A stretch of DNA of 58,046 bases. Origin: an uncultured virus (IMG/VR IMGVR_UViG_3300006754_000007). Taxonomy: Duplodnaviria; Heunggongvirae; Uroviricota; Caudoviricetes. Positions 54,201 through 58,046 of the stretch are shown here, piece by piece (position 1 is the stretch's first letter; every line of letters begins with the position of its first letter). The stretch is from IMG/VR virus record IMGVR_UViG_3300006754_000007, one strand, 5' to 3'. A program made the position numbers and the translations under genes. A model generated the notes under the pieces. The model did not search any database. It worked only from the letters and a program-made list of their open reading frames with translations, and was not told the origin of the DNA.

Positions 54201-56397
54201 CCTTGAGAAAGCCTACATGAAGGATGGGACTGTCATCGAGGACCTCGCAAAGCAAGCTGCACTGGAGCGTGATGCAGGTCTTCGGCAGTGGCTCATGGGC
54301 TTGCTGGGGAAATCCACTATCGTCAAAGCAATCTTTGATTGGGGCGAGCAGCGTGTAGACGGCCCTTCGGACTTCCCGAGGGGGATGGTTCCCGAGGGCT
54401 ACATTTGGCAGATAGGCGACAGTTGGTATTCCACTCTTGGAGAGGGGTTCCGCGTTCGGAAGTACCGGTACGAGAAGGATGCGGTTCGAGGAATCCGGTT
54501 TGCCCGTGTGGCTTTTCTGCTTCAGGCCAAGCAGGCAACGAAGTCCACTGGCGAACAGGAGGACGAAGAAGCCAAACGTCTTGTTCGCAACTCTCCTAAG
54601 AAGAGGCCACCCCGCGTTGATTTAGAGCGCAGGCGTGTTTTGGACGAGGACATCGAGCAAGATCCCGACCAGGACCAGGAGAAGAAGGACACCTCCCACA
54701 ACTTCAAGGACATCGCGGCTGCGATGGCCGCCCGCCGCGTAGCTTTCCGCTATCGCCAAGCGGAGGAGTTCACGGAACAGGAGTGGAAGACCTACAAGGA
54801 GAAGCATCCCGGAGCCAGCAAGGACGACCACGAGATCCGCTCCGTTGGAGGAGAGGGGGATGAAGAAGAAGCCAAGGACACCTGGGCAGAGCTTTCCGAC
54901 GACGAGAAGATGGAGGCCATCGAAGAGGGGGCCAAGGACGAGTTCGCCAAGATCAAGGAGGAGTTCCCCGACGCGACCCTCACCGAAAATGAGGTGACGG
55001 ACATGTTCTTGGAGCAGGGGGCGAACGACCAAGATCCCTTCAGTCCTGCTTCAGTGAAAGAGCGACGTGACAAGGTCCTTGGAGAGGCTGAGATGGACTC
55101 AGCCACCAACAACCTCGTTCTCTTGACTCAATCCTTTGGGGGGAAAGAGTCTAAGAAGGTTGAAGAGGCTCTTTCGGGTTTGGAGGGCGATGACCGGGCT
55201 ACGTTCTTGGACTCCTACCAAAAGGTTCAGGAAGCCTCGAAGAACCGGGACTCTGAAACTCGTAAGAACCCGAAAGCTCGTAAAGAGTTGCTGGACCTCA
55301 TCGAAAATCTCGATGAGGTCATGGAAGCCCTCGCTTCCGCGAATCCTCAGACTATTGGCGAAGTCCTCGCTTTGTTCGAGTACGCCACCAAGGTTCTTTT
55401 CAACCCGGCACTTCTTGACCCGTCAAATCCGGTATCTGAAGAAGGGGCTGCGGTTTCTGGGGAGGCCCTGACCAAAGCACGGGAGAGAAGCGGTGTCCAT
55501 GCTGCCACCGCCTTTGATCGCTACAAGGAAGCCACCCCGGAGGAACGAGCACACGCCAAGGAAGCCTTGGCGATGCAGATGGAGGACCTTCCTGAGGATT
55601 CTCCTAAGAGCATCGAGCTTCAGGGTGTCATTTCCGGCCTTCTGGCTGCATCTGCCGTTCATGACGGCGAAGAAGCAACGGGCGTTGGGCCAACGATGCA
55701 GCTTTTGGTCAAAGCCCTTGATGCGGCAGGAGAGGTGGGTGTTGGGGGAGCTTTGTTCGCCCCTGTTGGGCAGGACATGTCCACCCCGGAAGTGCGGGAC
55801 AACATTCGGAATGCCCTTTCGGGGGTCTTGGACTCTGATTGGGAGAGCCTTGTCGATAAAGACGACCCGATTTACCCCATCGCAGAGTTGTTGTCTGATG
55901 ATGATGCGGGGTTGGGCATGGAAGATCGACAGTTCTTGAGGACCGTCATCGCGGATTACCTGACCGATGAAATCACGGTTGTTGAAGAAAAGAGCCGTGG
56001 GGACCACACCAAAGAAGAGCCGACCAGCGGAGACGTGAAGAAGGACCTCAAGGAGCGCCGTAAGAAGGACAAGTCTCGAATCAATAGCGCCCTTTCAGAG
56101 GCTAAGGCCGGATTGGATCAGGCTCTCATTGACGAGGCAGAGGGTAAAGGTGAAGGCAAGGGTGAAGGCAAGGGTGAAGGCAGCGTAGGCGAGCCTCAGT
56201 CTGCTGCTAAGAAGGGTTTCTTCTCGGCATTGCTGGATATTCTCTTCCCCGGCTCCATCCCGAAGAAATGGCAGGATGTTCTGGATGAGGACGCTTCCCC
56301 TTCCACAGATAAGAAGGCTTTTGCTCACTATGATTTGAATCCGTGGGACACTTCCAAACTTCCAGCGGGACGTCATGTCCCGCTGGATGCGCGGTAG
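51271..56397 (+). CDS. 1708-aa polyprotein: CCA/poly(A)-polymerase-family nucleotidyltransferase, PAP2 phosphatase, SH3-like domain, DNA topoisomerase IB, acidic helical region
   Basis: VGGAVRN..DID, RREFTFN, QDPTRIIR; KWHFNRARP, YPSGH, RVQAGYHWPSD; RVGNE, GKSG, AKDLR, GH..LRSQY. Confidence 0.88.
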   Translation: MESRCLSIEAVALRKQAEMSHAASIALMKWLSETTQRMGVARHVYVVGGAVRNFLIDKPIKDIDMVVDSLALKGGKDAAWVADGIARAVPTRTNVISDSLGVSKVFIEGPWELDGHQLEGEVIEIVNAREEVYEVDPETGDYVGHKPIEVNPTSLEIDVTRREFTFNTLMWRLLDVAKGPDKAEIIDLTGCGLKDLESREMRCPQDPDKTFKQDPTRIIRTIKFAFKYGFKLPPDVKAAAKRQAKGLKRIVSKTQSVLQVVVLDSPQYKKALKVMDDLGVIDVLKEMMQENRSFASFLAGQVGKKGVAYMFDLMDVGLPVGSPISFLSAKQQRRFREITTPMERDDAQAFLDMLRQPGQGYKDPSFVNNLAEQHGYARREMKDFMPVVDGLARELLLENPALGDSPAALRRLVEQQLPRRLPRRTASTALSYGSPSEEDLLKMQAPTPIFPMGLEDFDLEPPPGAEETLEELQALRQVAAEERPEAEAFVRESDGEILPLFADLWNRFGVRVDQGWAREMVRQARTHILRLKWHFNRARPHQVGEAIGQSFVPMDSQTAHTPAYPSGHAIQAYLLGEASSRLDPEHTDEYFDLVGRILWGRVQAGYHWPSDISYGVEIAQDMAEAMELPPQFSPRVARIMERRAHHMRQQVRWAKTYTVNKGDSVWYGKYKNQRGVVQSFGMSDKGDPTITVEQLPAPSARKPKKKSPKELNLFKIRPRKEDGKDEDQEKKAARRVVAKFRAKKKVPKTDGSGTTTIYEYGPRQVAQRHKDKAKRLKALKSSLSALRSKVSGDMASKDPETRLTALAVALLDKTYERVGNEKSAGERGHHGITTLCVEHLTLKGKKATFTYVGKSGVKQKKVVDDPQIIQVLKHAVEGKSPSERILCDGDDCLIRARHVNSYLKPFDITAKDLRGLHANEEMRVHLQDIRKKGENLPHPRKERDKILKAEFKDALALVAVAVGHQASTLRSQYLVPGLEKAYMKDGTVIEDLAKQAALERDAGLRQWLMGLLGKSTIVKAIFDWGEQRVDGPSDFPRGMVPEGYIWQIGDSWYSTLGEGFRVRKYRYEKDAVRGIRFARVAFLLQAKQATKSTGEQEDEEAKRLVRNSPKKRPPRVDLERRRVLDEDIEQDPDQDQEKKDTSHNFKDIAAAMAARRVAFRYRQAEEFTEQEWKTYKEKHPGASKDDHEIRSVGGEGDEEEAKDTWAELSDDEKMEAIEEGAKDEFAKIKEEFPDATLTENEVTDMFLEQGANDQDPFSPASVKERRDKVLGEAEMDSATNNLVLLTQSFGGKESKKVEEALSGLEGDDRATFLDSYQKVQEASKNRDSETRKNPKARKELLDLIENLDEVMEALASANPQTIGEVLALFEYATKVLFNPALLDPSNPVSEEGAAVSGEALTKARERSGVHAATAFDRYKEATPEERAHAKEALAMQMEDLPEDSPKSIELQGVISGLLAASAVHDGEEATGVGPTMQLLVKALDAAGEVGVGGALFAPVGQDMSTPEVRDNIRNALSGVLDSDWESLVDKDDPIYPIAELLSDDDAGLGMEDRQFLRTVIADYLTDEITVVEEKSRGDHTKEEPTSGDVKKDLKERRKKDKSRINSALSEAKAGLDQALIDEAEGKGEGKGEGKGEGSVGEPQSAAKKGFFSALLDILFPGSIPKKWQDVLDEDASPSTDKKAFAHYDLNPWDTSKLPAGRHVPLDAR
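56149..56182 (+). repeat. 12-bp tandem repeat encoding GEGK
   Basis: GGTGAAGGCAAG, about 2.8 copies. Confidence 0.85.
56361..56387. repeat. 11-bp inverted repeat just upstream of a late promoter motif
   Basis: TCCAGCGGGAC-GTCAT-GTCCCGCTGGA. Confidence 0.75.
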
Positions 56398-56406
56398 GGT
56401 TCCTAT
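56392..56406 (+). promoter_or_regulatory. Putative late promoter CGGTAGGGTTCCTAT
   Basis: Consensus match. Confidence 0.6.
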
Positions 56407-56480
56407 ACACCAACCCTATGAGCGAGACTTGCACTCGCTGGAATCCCTGTCCCGACAGGAACCCCTTTTGGAGAGTCACC

Positions 56481-57539
56481 ATGGCCGACAATCTTACCCG
56501 GCACGGGGCACGGACCCTTACCGAGTCCCTTGACCGTATTGCAACCGCCGTTCAGCACAATGCTGCTGTTCTGGGACTTCCCGGCAATATCGCCCAGGAC
56601 TTCGCCTATCGGTGTGACCTGATTAGCGATGCAGTTGAGAAGACTGCGGCCTCCAACTTTCCCTCCAAGGAAGCGGATTTCGATGCGGCTTCGATTGGGG
56701 CTGAGGTTCCGGGACCCTTGGTTGATGAGCCACCGGACCCCCAGATTGATGACCACTTCACTCAGGACAAGTTCCATGAGCTTGGGGACATGGAGGAAGC
56801 CGCAGAGAAGCTCGCCTCTCTGATGGTGGAGGCTGACCATGTGCTGGAAGCAGTGATGCCGACTGTCCAGGTGAAGGGCTTTGCTGGCTTCACCAATCAG
56901 ATTCGTCGTTTGGATGAGCTATCCAACGAGATTGAGTTGCTGGAGCGGGAGCTTGAAGCAGCCACTCAGGGCTTGCTTTCACGCAAGAAGGATCTCGACA
57001 AGGAAATGAAGAAGGCCGTCCAGGAACTCAAGGACGACTACAAGGAGAACCTTTCAGCACAGGGCAATGTCGTCATTGAGCGCAAAACTGCTTTGGTGGA
57101 CGCCCTGGCTCGATTGGCGGTGGTTGCTCGTAAGCGGACCCCCCAGATGGTTCGGGAAGAGATGCTGGCGGTTCTGGCTAACGAATATGGCGCAAGCATC
57201 ATGGACCGTATCCCGGAACTTGAATCCGCTCTCCGTGAGGAGAGGAAGACCCTTACGGTGTCCTTCAAGGGCTTTGAGTTGATGGCTCATGCGCCTTCCC
57301 CAACAGCTTCCGTGAAGCAGGCTGGGATTTTGGACAAGATTGTCCGTTTCCGCGAATGGCTCCTTGGAGGTCTTCGCCGCATCCTGGCTCTGGGCACCCA
57401 AGCCACCCGCCTTTTCAAGGGTGTGGGCCAGAAGATGGATCGGGATACCAAAACCTTCTTGAAGGAGCTTGGTGCCTACGAGAAGGAAATGGCGAAGGCG
57501 GCCACACAAGAGCATGGCTTTGACTTTTTCGCTGAGTAG
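56481..57539 (+). CDS. Coiled-coil modular head or scaffold-like protein
   Basis: GGAGA RBS; KTA/KEA/KQA linkers; IGAEVPGP..FTQ motif. Confidence 0.75.
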   Translation: MADNLTRHGARTLTESLDRIATAVQHNAAVLGLPGNIAQDFAYRCDLISDAVEKTAASNFPSKEADFDAASIGAEVPGPLVDEPPDPQIDDHFTQDKFHELGDMEEAAEKLASLMVEADHVLEAVMPTVQVKGFAGFTNQIRRLDELSNEIELLERELEAATQGLLSRKKDLDKEMKKAVQELKDDYKENLSAQGNVVIERKTALVDALARLAVVARKRTPQMVREEMLAVLANEYGASIMDRIPELESALREERKTLTVSFKGFELMAHAPSPTASVKQAGILDKIVRFREWLLGGLRRILALGTQATRLFKGVGQKMDRDTKTFLKELGAYEKEMAKAATQEHGFDFFAE

Positions 57540-57550
57540 CTGGAGAGGCC

Positions 57551-58046
57551 GTGTCCAAAACTGCTGTCAACAATGTCAACTGGTAACAGAGAGCCACCGA
57601 GTTCTCTGTAGGTGATCTCGTGGGCCTTTTTGGAGCCTATGAGTCCCAGTCAGGCCGCGTAACAGCAGTCTGGCCTGCTATCGGCATGGTTGATGTCGAG
57701 ATGGCAGTCGGGAACAAGCGGTTTCCAGCCGAAGAGCTTCAGCGGTACGACAATGAAACGGGAAATGTGGTCCCACCCCAAACGGATTCAGCCGCAGTGT
57801 CCCCCACTGTTTCAGTTCCCGGAGGCCCTTACAAGGAAGCCTCTGTGCAGCGGGTTGCCGAAGCTGCTGTGCGTAGAGCCTTGTACTGGGCTTCCAAGGA
57901 TCGTCAATACCGGCTTACGGGTGCCGAGTCAGGCGGGGGTCCGATTGGCTGTCCTAAATGTAAGGACGGGACGTTGAAGAAGGCCATCTACAAGAGGCGC
58001 GACGGTGCAAGCGAGCGTCTCATGGGTTGCCCCGGTTGTCTGTTCC
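57551..58046 (+). CDS. Partial late protein (SH3-like plus zinc ribbon) interrupted by an in-frame TAA at codon 12
   Basis: GGAGAGG RBS, then MSKTAVNNVNW*QRATEFSVGD..GRVTAVWPAIGMVDVE..VQRVA..CPKC..CPGC; open to the window end. Confidence 0.7.

Noticed and set aside
56149..56182. GEGK tandem repeat as a phase-variation locus
   Set aside because: The 12-bp unit keeps the frame and lies in a low-complexity linker.
57690..57977. 95-aa plus-strand ORF from the track
   Set aside because: Wrong frame; the motif-bearing frame starts at 57551 and runs off the window.
1..58046. Genome-wide stop-codon reassignment
   Set aside because: TAA, TAG and TGA all end well-defined genes, many in TGATG/ATGA overlaps, and coding density is high in the standard code. 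Only two in-frame stops were found, and they are different codons.
1..58046. tRNA, rRNA, tmRNA, integrase, transposase or reverse transcriptase/DGR
   Set aside because: None recognisable by eye; a tRNAscan or Infernal run would be needed to exclude RNA genes formally.

Overview
A 58-kb segment of a large, GC-rich, tailed dsDNA bacteriophage, probably a jumbo phage; the host cannot be named from this window. About 1-18 kb is mostly minus-strand head and packaging genes (portal, large terminase, a probable small terminase, many modular virion-type proteins) with small early-type genes in between. About 21-44 kb is a plus-strand replication/recombination block: clamp-loader subunits, beta clamp, class II RNR, RecD2, SSB, RuvC, RecA, a split SbcC with SbcD, a PD-(D/E)XK nuclease, a TOPRIM primase, a NusG paralog and a sigma-region-4 protein. 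About 44-58 kb is plus-strand late genes. The most striking signal is a shared grammar in the late proteins: short leaders and linkers ending in [K/R]-x-A, recurrent 'RVA' and 'A..LP.G...R..L..LK.A' helices, and unrelated domains placed between them. The extreme case is a 1708-aa polyprotein with a CCA-type nucleotidyltransferase, a PAP2 phosphatase and a topoisomerase IB. I infer a protease-processed virion cargo system that may also deliver a sigma-like factor. Also visible are two promoter motif families (GGGGY-N16-18-NSGTA and CGGTAG-N5-YTAT), two candidate structured RNAs, and two late ORFs with an in-frame stop at codon 12-13. All functional calls come from reading motifs by eye; no searches were run.
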